64,000 nucleotides of DNA, from the NCBI RefSeq assembly GCF_018350175.1, contig NC_058368.1, positions 89,034,001 to 89,098,000 on the forward strand. Reading direction: 5' to 3'. Of the stretch, positions 23,227-35,790 are shown piece after piece (position 1 is the stretch's first letter; every line of letters starts with the position of its first letter). The stretch comes from Felis catus. Lineage: Eukaryota. The position numbers were made by a program, and so were the translations under genes. The notes under the pieces were generated by a model, which was given only the letters and a program-made list of their open reading frames with translations, ran no database searches and was not told where the DNA came from.

Positions 23227-24120
23227 GTGACATGTCAACATGCTAAGTGAACCTGAACAGTTTTGAAGATGGAATTAAAGCAGTAGGGGAAACTTCTATA
23301 AATAGCACTGAGTCTTCCAAGCTCCAGGGTTTGGTTACTGATTCTGAGGTGATAGTACCCTATCCAAGCACTGAGGCCCTCTTCCTTCTGGGAGCTATGG
23401 GACAAAAAGAGAAAATAAATATTCTACACGGGCCAATTTGATTGACCAGCCAAAGCAACAGGCAATAATAGCATAGGGATTTCACACAGCCAGTCTTATA
23501 GATTGTGAATGCAGGCATGCCAGCATTTGGGGAAAGATAGGGTATAGAGTAGAGTAGGTTAAGGGGAGAGGATCAGAGTGTTTTGCCTATATTATGTCTC
23601 ATGAAACTTTGCATCCGTGAGTGAATGTGTGTATACGTGGCTAACAATATTTCTTACTATAGTCAGGGTCCAAAATGTTTGAAAACCACTGCTAACTAAG
23701 ATGTTGTTGCTTGCAGGATCGTATTATGAAAACTGTGTTGGATCCAACTGTGTTGGATCAACAGCCAGGATGAGTTTGCTTCACACTCACAGGTGAGGGT
23801 GAGCTTTGTCCTGTTCTGGAAAAGTCACCTTCTGGAACTACCTTACCTTTTCATGGAATCTGCAGTCTCTTGCATATATGGATCGCTAGTGCTTCATTTA
23901 AAGTGGAGTTCTTTCATTTTGCTGCAGTCACTTGCTAAAAACACACACTGGAATCCAGTATTGTACCCAATCTTGGGCAATAAACATAATAATATAAATA
24001 TATTATATAAATGCAATAAATAATATGGGACTAAAGGCACTGTCCAAATGCCCTTTAAAATTTATTTCATTTCCTCCTCTAAAAGGAAGGTTTTTGAACT
24101 TTAAAATCCTTGGATATGAT

Positions 24121-24312
24121 GGGTCACCTGGGTGGCTCAGTTGGCCCAGCATAGGACTTCCACTCAAGTCATAATTTCATGGTTTGTGGGATCGAGCCTC
24201 ACATAAAGCTTTTTGCACTGACAATGCAGAGCCTGCTTCAGACTCTCTTTCTCCCTCTCTCTGCCTCTCCCCTGCTCACACTCCCTCTCTCAAAAATAAA
24301 TAAACATTGAAA
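24121..24312 (+). mobile_element. Can-SINE
   Basis: SINE head and tail; TSD aaaatccttgga. Confidence 0.92.
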
Positions 24313-25378
24313 AAAATCCTTGGAGATTACCTGGTGTAATTCCTCAGAGCAATCCCAAATGGTTTTGAAAGAGTCATTATTTCTCTCATGCAGTGAACAT
24401 ATTATGTTTTTACTTAGGAAGAGGAAGAAAAAGTGTTTACAGTCTCACTTTGAACTTTAAAAAATTCCTGTAACAATTAGCTCTTGATTCAGAAATTATA
24501 AATAAAACTGTTTTATCATCCAATGTTACTGAAACATTGTGTCCTGTGAGTTTTAGTCTGTATTGTTCCAGGAATTTAATTTTTATTTTGCACTCTTTTG
24601 TAAAAAAAAAAAAAAAGCTTATAAATCCAAAGCCTAAATATTTATTGTCCTACACCAATTGCTCTGATCTCCAATGTCCCTCCAAATTTTTCATTTATCG
24701 ATAGATGAGATGGATTTGCTGTGCTTTTTTAGTGGACAATACCAAATAACACCTGGATCTGAAACTGATCCTGACTGTAATTTTGAAAGGCATATAAAGG
24801 CTTGAAGCTTCCATGTCTTTAGCTGTAAGATGGACATAATAAAAGTACCTAACTTGTAGAGCTGTTATGGGATTTATATGAGAGAATGAATGTAAAGTCT
24901 GGTGTGGCAGAGAATACTATATAATTCACCATTTCTGTTTCCTCTTCATGAACGTGAGACATATTTTCAACCTTCCTTGTATTGGTTTGGGGCTATGTGA
25001 CTGGGCTCTGGCATGGGCTATTTCCAGCCCTGGCTACCCAGCCTGGCTCCCATAGAGGACCTATGTCCCAAGTCATGTATTAAACACAGGATAGTGCCCT
25101 AAACCACATAGGACTTTATGTAAGCAAGAAACCAACCTTTATTTGTAAAGATTTAGGGTTTCTTTGTTACTGCAACATTGCCTGGCCTACCCTGACTAAT
25201 ACACTTGATATATATATATATATATATCACAGTAAATGAATTTCAGCATTTAAGTTATCTGTGAACCAGTATGGAACAATTCCTTGGATATATGTTATTA
25301 AGAAAAAAATCTAGACAAAGAACAAGAATATATAGTATTCTTCATTTTGTGTAAGAAAGAAGGGGCAATTAAAATATA

Positions 25379-25654
25379 TATTTGACTCTTGAATAACACA
25401 GTTTGAACTGCATGGGCCCACTTATACATGGATTTGTTTTCTATAAATACAGTATAGTAAATCTATTTTCTCTTCCTTATAATTTTATTAATAACCTTTT
25501 CTCTAGCTTACTTTTTTATAGGAATATAGTATATAATACTTATTATAGTAAGGTATTAATAGTTAAGTTTTGGAGGAGTCAAAAGTTGTATATGGATTTT
25601 CAACTACACGGGAGGTCAGTGCCCCTAACCCTCATGTTGTTCAAGGACCAACTA
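25379..25654. mobile_element. Tigger2-derived MITE (Tigger2a/MER28-like)
   Basis: TIRs ttgactcttgaataaca / tgttgttcaaggaccaac; internal gtttgaactgcatgggcccacttatacatggattt. Confidence 0.75.
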
Positions 25655-26074
25655 TATCTATGTATTTGCTGATTTTGGCAAAGAGAAATACCAGAAAGGA
25701 GAAACGAGAAATTAATGAAAATGAAACAGAGTGGAGAGGATAATGCATGGGAGTGAGGCTTCTGTGACTAAATGTGTTGATACAGTGTTGATTTTTGAAG
25801 CATGTATTTTATATACTCTGAAACAAAAGTACATCAAAAGGGAAATGCCTTAAGCCTGGACCTTAAAAGAAACTAATGACGTAATTCTATATAAAATTAG
25901 TTACTGAACCAACAATGAACAAGAAAGTTATTTTGGGTAATTTGAACACACCACTCTGACTATAAATACATTAATATTATTGGGAACCAAGAATTTTCAA
26001 TATGAAAGAGAAAAGATAAAATATAAAAAGCATTTTAAGAAAAATGCTATTTAATAATGCCAATAACAATATGA

Positions 26075-26107
<33 letters not shown>

Positions 26108-26138
26108 CACACACACATACACACACACACACACACAC
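26075..26138. repeat. Interrupted (CA)n microsatellite
   Basis: Read directly. Confidence 0.95.
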
Positions 26139-26292
26139 TCCTAGTTGTGTTCCTGAAGAGCCCAGAGGCAATGGCACCATAGTATAGTAGCAGTGGGCAC
26201 AGCTAGACCCCATATCTTGCAACTTCTGATGTAATAATTGGTTCAGGCAAGAATAATCAATGAGTACTAAAACCATCACATAAAAAGTAGTT

Positions 26293-26426
26293 AGGAGCGC
26301 CTGGGTGGCTCAGTTGTTAAGCATCTGACTTCAGTTCAGGTCATGAGCTCACAGTTCATGACTTTGAGTCCCACATCGGGTGAGCATGAGCTCTGCTGGG
26401 TAAAACACGAGCCCAGGTGAGCCCTG

Positions 26427-26481
<55 letters not shown>

Positions 26482-26610
26482 GTCCCTCTCTCTCCCTCTC
26501 TCTGCTTCTAATGGGATTCTGCCCCACCCCTGCCTCTTGCTCACTTGCACTGTCTCTCTCTCTCTCTCTCAAAAAAAAAAAAAATCAATTACAAAAAATA
26601 ACTTTAAAAA
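26293..26610 (+). mobile_element. Can-SINE variant with a long (CT)n tract
   Basis: SINE head, expanded CT run, A tail; TSD aaaaagtagtt / aaaaagtggtt. Confidence 0.9.
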
Positions 26611-26689
26611 AAGTGGTTGGGCAATAGGATATTCCTATAGGGGCAAAGTACCACTCCACATATCATTACTAATTTCAAAGAAAAAGATG

Positions 26690-27256
26690 TTCCTTTGGTA
26701 TTGGATACAATGTATGCCCATCCCCACAGATGCATTTGGCCCTGCCTGCCTTTCAGGACCCACTTGCCCTCCTGGGTAAAGAGGTCCCAATGATGGTTGT
26801 AAAGCTTCAGCCTCCATCTTGTCAGCTCACCTCCTACAATGACGGACATCTTTGCCTTTGGCAAGATTGTCATTACACCTGCCAGGTGCATAGAAGCTCC
26901 TATATCCAAGTCCAACACAGTGGAACCCACAGAAGCCCTGGCTTTCCCAGTGGCTGCCTGGAGGCATTGGCAACACATTCCAGAAGTACAGGGGTATTAG
27001 TACACTGTGGGCTTTGTGCCAGAGAAGGACTCCACCCAGATGCAGTGGTGCCACAGAGCACCTCCAAAGATGTCCCACACGACCAAGTAAGGCTGCTTAT
27101 GAAATCATGGCCAGCTTGGCAACAAACTACATTGTATTCATTTTCCCTCCCTTTCTGCCCCCGCCTTTTTTTTTTTTTTTTTTTTTGCATTCATAGGATT
27201 GTACCTCTCATAAAGCATTAGCCTGTGAACTTTGCCTCTGTCTCTGTTTCCAGGCA
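26690..27256 (+). mobile_element. LTR33/LTR16-like ERVL solo LTR
   Basis: 3' block ggattgtacctctcataaagcattagcctgtgaactttgcctctgtctctgtttcc resembles the recalled LTR33-family end. Confidence 0.55.
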
Positions 27257-27519
27257 GATACTTTTCCATGGAGGTTAGGCAGTCACTTTCTCAGCCAAGT
27301 AAGTCATCATTCTTAGCATCACCAGTAGTGGGAAAACCCAATGTATGACCATCCTCATGAGATTCCTCTGAAGTATTCCCCCCCCCAAAAAAAAAAATTA
27401 ACCTAAACCTGATCAAGCCTTCAGACCTAACTTCTGTTTTAAGGACAATACAGTCTTAAAAGTAAAAGTTAAAGAACCCCATCTGGAAACAATCAGACAA
27501 ATGAAGAATGTGTGACTTT

Positions 27520-27698
27520 ATTTTTTTTAATGTTTATTTATTTTGAGACGTGAGGGAGTTGGGGGGGGGGCAAGTGGGGGAGGTCCGTGCTGTCAGGACA
27601 GAGCCCTACAGGGGGCTTGATCTCAAGAACCACAAGATCACGACCTGAGCCAAGATCAAGAATCAGACACTTAACTGACTGAGCCATCCAGGTGCCCC
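27520..27698 (-). mobile_element. Can-SINE
   Basis: TSD gaatgtgtgacttt. Confidence 0.9.
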
Positions 27699-28276
27699 AG
27701 GAATGTGTGACTTTGTATAAGTTACCTGGCCTGGACTCTTGAAAAGTCAACATCATAAGTCAAAACCAAACAAAAGTTAAGGTGGGGGGAGTTTCCAGAT
27801 TAACCTCCAGATGGAATCCACAAATCTTGATTAGATCATGGGGGAATTGCATAGAAATCTTTAGGAGACAATTGGGAAAATTTAAATATGGCTTTGATAT
27901 TAGTTATGATAATAGAATGATTATTAATTTTCTTAGGTGTGATAGTGGCATTGTGGTTATATAAGAGATTACCCTTGTTTTTAGGAGATTCATGCTGAAG
28001 TATTTAGAGATCATGATGTCATATTAATAACTTATTTTCAAAACTGGTGTGTTTTGGTATATGGGGAGGGGGGAGAGAAGGAGAAAAAGCAAATATGATA
28101 AGACATTAACAACAGTTGAATCTAGATGAAAGGCATTTGTGGTTCTAGCCTTTCAATATTTTTAGGTGTTTTTAAATTTTCATAATAAAAAGTAGTAAGA
28201 TAAGTACAAAAACCAAAAACAACAAACAGACAAAAACAACCTAAGTAGAATTTAGGATATATTTGTATTTGAAGAA

Positions 28277-28458
28277 TTTTTTTTTAAGTTTATTTATTCT
28301 GAGAGAGAACACAAACCAGGGAAAGGCAGAGAGAGAAGGAGAGAATCCTAAGTAGGCTCTACACTGTCAGCACGGAGCCCAACAGAGGGCTGGATCTCAT
28401 GACCTGAGCCAAAATCAAGAGTCAAAATGCTTAACCAACTGAGCTACCCAGGTGCCTC
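28277..28458 (-). mobile_element. Can-SINE
   Basis: TSD atttgaagaa. Confidence 0.9.
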
Positions 28459-30134
28459 ATTTGAAGAAATGTTTTATTTTCCTCAGTTCGAGTAAGCAGT
28501 CACTACTTTATCAGGGACTAATTCATCTACCTCAAAATGGATATTTACACCTAAATTGCTGTGTTTTTGAAAGCTTTTTAACTCTTGAATATTTCCAGCA
28601 GTTTCCCGGGTAGAAGAAATTTGATGCCAATTCTGCACACCCAAATTCCTGGCAGATTAATCAGCAAGTAGTACAGAGAGCTGCTTTCTTTAAAAAGCTT
28701 CATTTATCACTCAAACTGTGAATGCTGAGATGCCAAGGCACTGTGGAGAAATGATCCTTTAGAGGTAAAGTTTGAATGATCTGGTATATGTATCAGTACT
28801 CTTTCCATGCATTCCAAATCTTGTATATAATGCAGATTGGAATGGCAGCTTTTTCTACAGTTATATTGGCAACAAACACTGATTAGCTATTAAGTATGGC
28901 AAAACATTTATTTCAGGCTTCTATTATTAGCACCACCTCTTGACTCACAGAGAAAATTCTTCCCAAAGTTTTGGTTAATGTGACAGTTTTATTTGTGAAG
29001 ACACAGTTTTCCTTTATCATCATTCTCCCACACAGAACCGACCCTCCATTTCCAAGATGCCTCCAGACCAAGGAGTTCCCAGTCTGTTCTCACCATTCCA
29101 GTTGGCCCCAGGTCAGCCTGTCTCTAGGGCTTCCATCCACAATACAGTCCCAGGAAAGTGCTTCCCATTACATTATATTCATGCTAACCAAACTGGCTAG
29201 GCAATGCCCTGGACTTCTAAAGGAGTTCCCCACAGGATTGAGTTGTCTTTGCCCTGTCCAGGGAGGAACCCCTCTCATATGCACAGAATTCTCGCAGTAC
29301 ACTAACGTGTGTTCTTCCCTTTAACAGTAGAACTCCTCAGTTAAGGCTGAACTCATGGCCACTGCATTAAGTTTCTGCTGCATTTATGCTGCATAACAAG
29401 CACCCCCAAAATCTCAGTGGCCTCCCCCCAAAAAAGCCATTTATTTTTCTTGCAGTTCAGCAGAGACAGCTCTGCGTCAGTCCATGGACAGATTTAGGAT
29501 TGGCTTCACTTGTCTCATCCTCTGAACCAATAGCTTCCTGGGGCAGGCTCTTCTCATGCAGGGCGATAGCCATGCTAGTGGGGTGAGGAGGAACACAAGA
29601 GGCCACTTATGGCCTTGGCTCAGAACTGACACACTGTTACTTCTGCCCACATTCCCCTGGGCATCATTAGGGTATGGAAGTACTCTATACCATGAGGAAC
29701 CTTGCCAAGCGCTGGGAGGGGAAGATCAATGGCAAGCAGGTAGTACAATCAATCTCAGCCTCCCTTATAACTTGGTGTGTCCTTGCAACTAAATTCTGGC
29801 CAAAGGGATGTGAGGGAAAGCAATGTGTGCAACTTCCAGGCCTTGTACTTGTAAGAACTTGACACACCCTAACTGTCCCCTGCCCATCAGCTGAGGACAT
29901 GGTGGGGCTGCAGCAATCACCTGGCCCAGAGGTAGACGGCACAGCTGTCCCTCCAGTCCTAGCTCTGGACTGTTATATGTATGTCATTTACATTGGTGGA
30001 TTTTTGCATTGCTGTTATGGCTTCTAAGCACCCTGGCTAGTACAGCATCCATTCATTCACTCAGTGAGTATCTACTGAGTGTCTTCTTTGTGACAGGCAT
30101 TGCTCTAGGCCTGAGAGGAAGTATTAGTGAGCAG

Positions 30135-30353
30135 TCTGCATCTTGACTGTGGTGGTGTTCACACAAATCTTCACCTGTGATAAAATTGCATAGAACTAAA
30201 TAACACACATACATGAGTACAAGTAAAACTGAGGAAATCTGTACAAGATCTTTGGCTTGCACCAATATTGACATACTAGTTGTGATATTACAGTTTTGCA
30301 AAGAAACTAGGTAAAGGATCTCTGTATTCTTTTATTTTATGTTTGTTTATTTT

Positions 30354-30386
<33 letters not shown>

Positions 30387-30618
30387 GGGAGGGGCAGAGA
30401 GAGAGAGGGAGAGAGAATCCCAAGAAGGCTCCACACTGCCAGTGCAGAGCCCAATATGGGGCTTGAACCCAGGAACCATGAGATCATGACCTGAGCCGAA
30501 GTCAAGAACCAGTCTTAACCAGCTGAGTCACCCCAGAATCTCATGGATCTCTGTATTCTTAACAACTGCTTGTGAATCTAATGATCTCAAAATAAGAAGT
30601 TAGAAAAAAAAAAAAAAG
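30135..30618 (+). mobile_element. L1MC-type 3' end fragment, interrupted by a SINE
   Basis: cttgactgtggtggtg...gataaaattgcatagaactaaa...acaactgcttgtgaatcta...tctcaaaataagaagtt plus A tail. Confidence 0.7.
30332..30543 (-). mobile_element. Can-SINE
   Basis: Perfect TSD ggatctctgtattctt. Confidence 0.92.
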
Positions 30619-31267
30619 ACTAGGACTTTGGTCTCTTTGTGCTTACAGTCTAGAATGGTATCAAAAGAAAATCCAGAGAGACTTACTTGGTATGAATATT
30701 TTATTGAGCCAGAAACAAACTATTTGCAAACAGGGAGACTTCAAACCAAAAGTGGGTATAGCTGGCTCTCAGAAGTTACAGCTCAATTTATAGAGCATGA
30801 GGAAACACATTTGTTTTCTACTGTGATTGGTTACTAGAAACTGATATTCTTTTTAGGGTAGAAGCACAGCATAAACGTACTCATATGTAGTGACTAGGAA
30901 GCTATAGGTTATGCTGACATGAAGAAGGCTTAAGTTTTGTTTAAGGTCAGAGTCAGCATTTTGGAAAAATCAGGACAGTTTTATGTTTTGATTACGTGAC
31001 TCAGAGTGTTGGGCTAGAGGTATATTCAAACTGTGTGCTCCACTTTGGTCTTTCTTTAACCATGGGAATCAAAAGATTCAAAAATCAAAAAGTCACTGAT
31101 GACAATCTCTGCATGGCAGCAGCCGCACTTCACCCATCCAGATGACAACAGTGTCCTGAAGTCTGCAGAGCACAATTAAATAAAAGGAACTCAGGGCAGA
31201 GCTGCCAGGCAGGAGTGCTCACTTTGGACTGTGAAGTGAAAGAGATATAAAGTTCTTTGTTCTTTAA

Positions 31268-31361
31268 GTAGGGTGTCCATGTAAGTTATCATCAAACTGA
31301 GACACCTGTGAGAATAATCACGCTGGCACAGCTTGTGTAAACAGATCATTTGGTTAGTCTA
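31268..31361. mobile_element. MER94-like hAT MITE remnant
   Basis: tagggtgtccatgtaagttatcatcaaactgagacac...tggttagtcta resembles the recalled MER94 termini. Confidence 0.4.
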
Positions 31362-31362
31362 T

Positions 31363-31528
31363 TTAAAAAATTTTTAATGTTTATTTATTTTTGAGAGAAA
31401 GACAGAGCATGAGTGGGGGAGGGGCAGAGAGAGAGAGGCAGACACAGAATCCGAAAGGGTTCCAGGCTTGGAGCTGTCAGCTCTGACCTGAGCCAAAGTC
31501 GGATGCTTAACCAAGTCACCCAGGCGCC
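31363..31528 (-). mobile_element. Can-SINE with internal deletion
   Basis: gagctgtcagc joins directly to tgacctgagcc. Confidence 0.88.
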
Positions 31529-31704
31529 ATGGTATATTTTAAAAACATTGTATCATTGACTCTCTTAGTTATAGCAGCCTCTCTTTTTCTAACTAATACG
31601 GAGACTAATGGATGCTGCCCATGTCAGCACCAAATAGCTTAAGAGGAGGGAACCAATAAACCCCAAATCTCAGTGAGTTAATTGTGATTACAAGGCTTTT
31701 TCTT

Positions 31705-31891
31705 GGGGCACCTAGGTGGCTCAGTCAGTTATGTATCTGACGTTGGCTCATGTCATAATATCACAGTTCGAGGGTTTGAGCCCGGTGTCAGACTCTGTGC
31801 TGACAGCTCAGCCTGCTTCTGTGTCCCTCTCCCTTTGCCCCTCCCCACCTCATGCTCTCGCTCTCTCTCAAAAATAAATAAACATTTTTAA
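31705..31891 (+). mobile_element. Can-SINE inside an old MLT1 LTR (~31600-32170)
   Basis: SINE head and tail; imperfect TSD aaggctttttctt / aagggtatttctt. Confidence 0.9.
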
Positions 31892-32433
31892 AAGGGTATT
31901 TCTTGCTCATACAAAATTTAATATGGTGCTAGTGGCCCTCTTCTATCTTCTAGTCAACTCATTTTGAATATGGACTTCCCAGATTGCTGGAACAGTAGAC
32001 AAGAGAGTTGGAGGATTACAGAAATTTTTGTGGGCCAAGCCAGGAAGTAGTTTACATCACACCACCCACATTTCATTGACTAGAGCTCAGTCACATCATC
32101 ACCCCTAACTGTAAAGGAGACTGGGAAAAGTAGTCCTCCTATAAGTCCAGGAAGAGAAATTCTGCCCCAGATGCATCATTACAAGCTGGGAGAGGGCACT
32201 AATGTGGCCTCAGCATCTTTAGATTGACTCCCTTACCCCTTGGTATACGTGGCTATGCCGTTCCCAGAGAAACCACTGAAGCTGCAAGAAAGCAGTTCAG
32301 AATAGCCTGTAACAGTGAATTGACTTCACTTTCTCTCTGGTTATTTTGGTTTGTAATATACCACCATTCATCTCTGGGAACACTGTTTTCTTCCCTCTAT
32401 CTTATAATCCTCTCTCCCTCTGTATTAGATGGG

Positions 32434-32643
32434 TTTTTTTTAATTAAAAAATGTTTATTAATTTTTGACAGAAAGAGAGCATGCATGTGAGCAGAGGAAG
32501 AGCAGAGAGAGGAGACAGAGAATCCAAAGTGCACTCCATGCTGAAAGCAGAAAACCCCATGTGGGGCTCAAACTGTCAGAACTGTGAGATCATGACCTGA
32601 GCGAAAGTTAGACACTTAACCGACTGAGTCAGCCAGTCACCCC
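32434..32643 (-). mobile_element. Can-SINE
   Basis: TSD attagatggg. Confidence 0.9.
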
Positions 32644-32670
32644 ATTAGATGGGGTTCTTAAGAGACACAG

Positions 32671-32874
32671 ATAGATATAGATAGATATATAGATAAATAT
32701 AGATATAGATGATATAGATAGAAAGATATATATGATATATATATGATATATATGATACATATATATGATATCTATATCTATATATAGATATATCTATATA
32801 TCTATATATATCTATATATATATCTCATATATCTATATCTATATCTATATCTATATCTATATCTATATCTATAT
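32671..32874. repeat. AT-rich compound microsatellite (ATATAG)n...(CTATAT)n
   Basis: Read directly. Confidence 0.95.
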
Positions 32875-35339
32875 GAGAGAGAATGATTTATTTTAAGAAA
32901 GTGGCTTATGCAATTATAGAGGCTGGCATGTCCAAGATCTGCAGGGTGGGCCTGTAGGCTAGAGACCCAGGGAACAGCACTGTTGCTACAGTTCGAGTCT
33001 GAATGTCCAATGCTGGCAGAATTCCTCTTGGCTCAGGGGAGGTCAATCTGCCTATGCATGCCTTCAATTGATTGGATGAGGCCCACCCACATTATGGAGG
33101 GCAATCTGCTTTAGTCCATCAATTTAAATGTTAACCTTTCCTCTGAAAACACCGTCAAAGAAACATCCAGAATGATGTTTGACCACATATCTAGGCACCA
33201 TGGTCAGCTAAATTAATGCGTAAAACTAATTACATGCTCCAAGGCCAGTTTTTAATACTTTATATTTCTTGTCAAAAGTGGAAGGCAGGGTGATAATGGG
33301 GGTAAGGGTCAAAGCTGGGTTCAAATACCTAATTTTACTCTGAATTCCAGTTTCATTTATAAAATGTGAATAAGAATGTTTACCTTGAATAAATCTGTAA
33401 AGATTAGATATCATGTATGTGAGACACCTAGACCTATTGCTGACTCATAAATGAGGGCAATTATTAAGATTTCAGTTTGAACAAAAAGTCTACTAAACAC
33501 TTTACATTTCTTCTTACAGTTGCTTTTTTATTTGTAGGTGACCCTTGACCGTTTTCATTTTCCCTGTGAGGTTTAGCAGTATCTCAACAGGAAGCTCCTT
33601 GCCACAGTGTAACACAGTGTATAGCTCTCATGTGGTTTCACCATCTCCTGGTACTCAAGTCGCCAACAGTCAGCTGTGTCCTACTTTTCCATGACCCATC
33701 ACTGACAACCCATGTAATGTCACATGTTTGAACAACTTATTTAGGCATGTCAGAGAAAATCCAAGGGGAAAGAGGAGTCAGGAAGAATTGTAAAAATAAA
33801 TAAAAGGTAGGAGTTGGCAGGAAATGATTTAAGGAGAAGAGGAAATAGAAATCAGATTTGCTTCTAATTTCCTTTGTGTTCTTACACCATTTTAGAAATT
33901 AGCATTTACATTTATGACTGATTGGATGAACCAACTCTTCTGATCCTCTCATTCAACAAACATACAGATTTCCTTATTGGGGTGGAGTTGAGGAAGTTTT
34001 CAAAGTGGGCCAAAGCCACACGGGAACATGTGTCAAAAGTGAAATGGTCTTCCATAAGTTGAGCTTCGAGTAGGTAATGTAGAAGTTATCAAACAGCTCC
34101 TTTGAGCTCCTTGGTCTCCTGGTTAAGCAACTGGCTGAGCCACTTTCAAAAAAGACCCAAACACACTGGCTTTACAAGAATGGCCTCTGTTTCTCTTTCA
34201 GATGATAGTACAGTGGTGGGTAGGTGGGTGGTCCAGGGCAATAGTTGCTCTGCTCCACAAGGTCATACTGGGTAATGAATGAGGCTGAGATGGTGGCTTT
34301 ACATCACCATTGCATGATATCTACCTGTGGGTTCATGATGTCACTCCAGCTGTCCCCGTTCCCAGCCAGGTGGAAGAGGCAAAGTAAGCAGAGGACTAAG
34401 AGCTTCCTTTTTAGGGAATCACCTGACAGCTGCCCTTTTACTTCTGCTCACATCCCATTGGCCAGAAACTTGAAGGGAAGCTGGACATATGCCCTGACAA
34501 AACTCTGCTGGGTGGGGTCTGATTACTAAATGGAACAAGGAGACACTGGGTGCCTTGGAGTACTTCGTAGTCTTTGCTGTACCTGGTTCTTTGGAGGTGA
34601 TTCAACTCTCTCAGAAGAATGTGTTAGACCCAGTGGGCAAACCCCCAATTCCCCACTCTACTAGAAAACCTCTACTTCCATCTATTTGGGAGTACTATCT
34701 AAATTTCTATCTGAAAAATGGATTTCTACCCACAAAAAAGTTTGAAGACCAGTTTACAGATTAGTGTGCCACGGTAGAAAGAGAAGCTCACATCAGTGAA
34801 ATAACTTTAGCCAGAGGACCTTGTTACACCTTGGAGCTGTTCTTCCACTCCCTGGCCGCCACCATTCTGACAAGCAGACCCTGAGGCAAGGGAGGTGGGG
34901 AACTATAAAGAGCCAGGCTGCACCTCCTCACACAGGAGGCTCATTTGCTTTCCCACCTGATCCCTCTTCCACACTCAGCACTAAACAGTTCTCAATCTCA
35001 GGAGAAAATAAGAATCCCAAGATTGAAAATCCCATCTTGCTTTGAGTGCAGTCACTGGGGGACATGTGGTGGGGGTGGTGCTCAGAATCAGGGAAATGGA
35101 GATATACACAAGCAGGATTAGGCCATCTGGATTTGCTAACTGGTGTTTATGGAAGCAAGGCTCCTACCCTCCTACAGAGACTGGGAGACAGGGACCTTAT
35201 CTGCAAGTGTTGGCTGGAAGAAACTAAATTCTTCTGGCAGCTTTAAGCTTTCCCACGCAAGAACTTCAGGGGGCTGGAGTGGACATCCCAAGCACATGGC
35301 CTTGAACTGTTAGAAACTATGCTAGTGTTTGTTCCAGTC

Positions 35340-35790
35340 TCTTAATGCAGGGCTTGGACGGAGTGGTTAGTGCCAAAGCTCTTCTGCAGCGCTGACAGCC
35401 CACGCCTCGTCCATACAGGGGATCTTTGTGGGGTCGGGTCCAGAACAGCATGGCCCTTAGAATAGGGAGAGTGAATAAGATTCAGGGCTTCCCTGCTCAC
35501 AGCGCCACACATCCCTGCCTTCTCCAAAGCACCCCCGCTGGGGGTGGGGCTTTTGTATTTTGGTTGTCCTCACGTTTTTACAAATTAGAATGGGCCTGTA
35601 GTCACAACCTGGGTCCCCGAGCTTCCTAGAGCGGCTGAGCAGGGAGCAGGCTCCAGGTCACACTTCTGACAGCGACAATAGCTTTGGCTGTGTTGCGGGT
35701 TTGAGCTGGGACCGCTGGGCGTGGCCCCGAGGGCGGGACCTGGCACCCCAAGGAGCTTTACGGAGGCGACCACTCAGGCTGTCTTTGGAG
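35340..35790. promoter_or_regulatory. Weak CpG/GC-box element, candidate orphan promoter or enhancer
   Basis: Local CpG enrichment outside repeats; gggcgtggc and gggcggga SP/KLF-type boxes at 35717-35739. Confidence 0.4.

Larger units (their letters stand above)
25240..28195 (+). mobile_element. Ancient L1MC/MD/ME-type 3'UTR remnant(s), fragmented by later insertions
   Basis: ttaattttcttaggtgtgatagtggcattgtggttat...catgctgaagtatttag...ttttcataataaaaag is an old L1 3'-end pattern; boundaries approximate. Confidence 0.55.
32421..33234 (-). mobile_element. MLT2-type ERVL solo LTR containing a SINE and an expanded TA-rich microsatellite
   Basis: tgtattag...gaggctggcatgtccaagatctgcagggtgggc...gattggatgaggcccacccacattatggagggcaatctgcttt is the MLT2 signature. 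Confidence 0.85.

Noticed and set aside
23228..23396. Strong minus-strand acceptor at ~23396 as the IgV exon of the putative butyrophilin relic
   Set aside because: No frame shows the IgV Cys/Trp/D.G.Y.C pattern, so it was not counted as support
26604..27221. 124-163 aa ORFs beside a poly(T) run, suggesting a processed pseudogene
   Set aside because: Better explained as an LTR33/LTR16-like solo LTR; the T run is internal and the peptides match nothing I recognise
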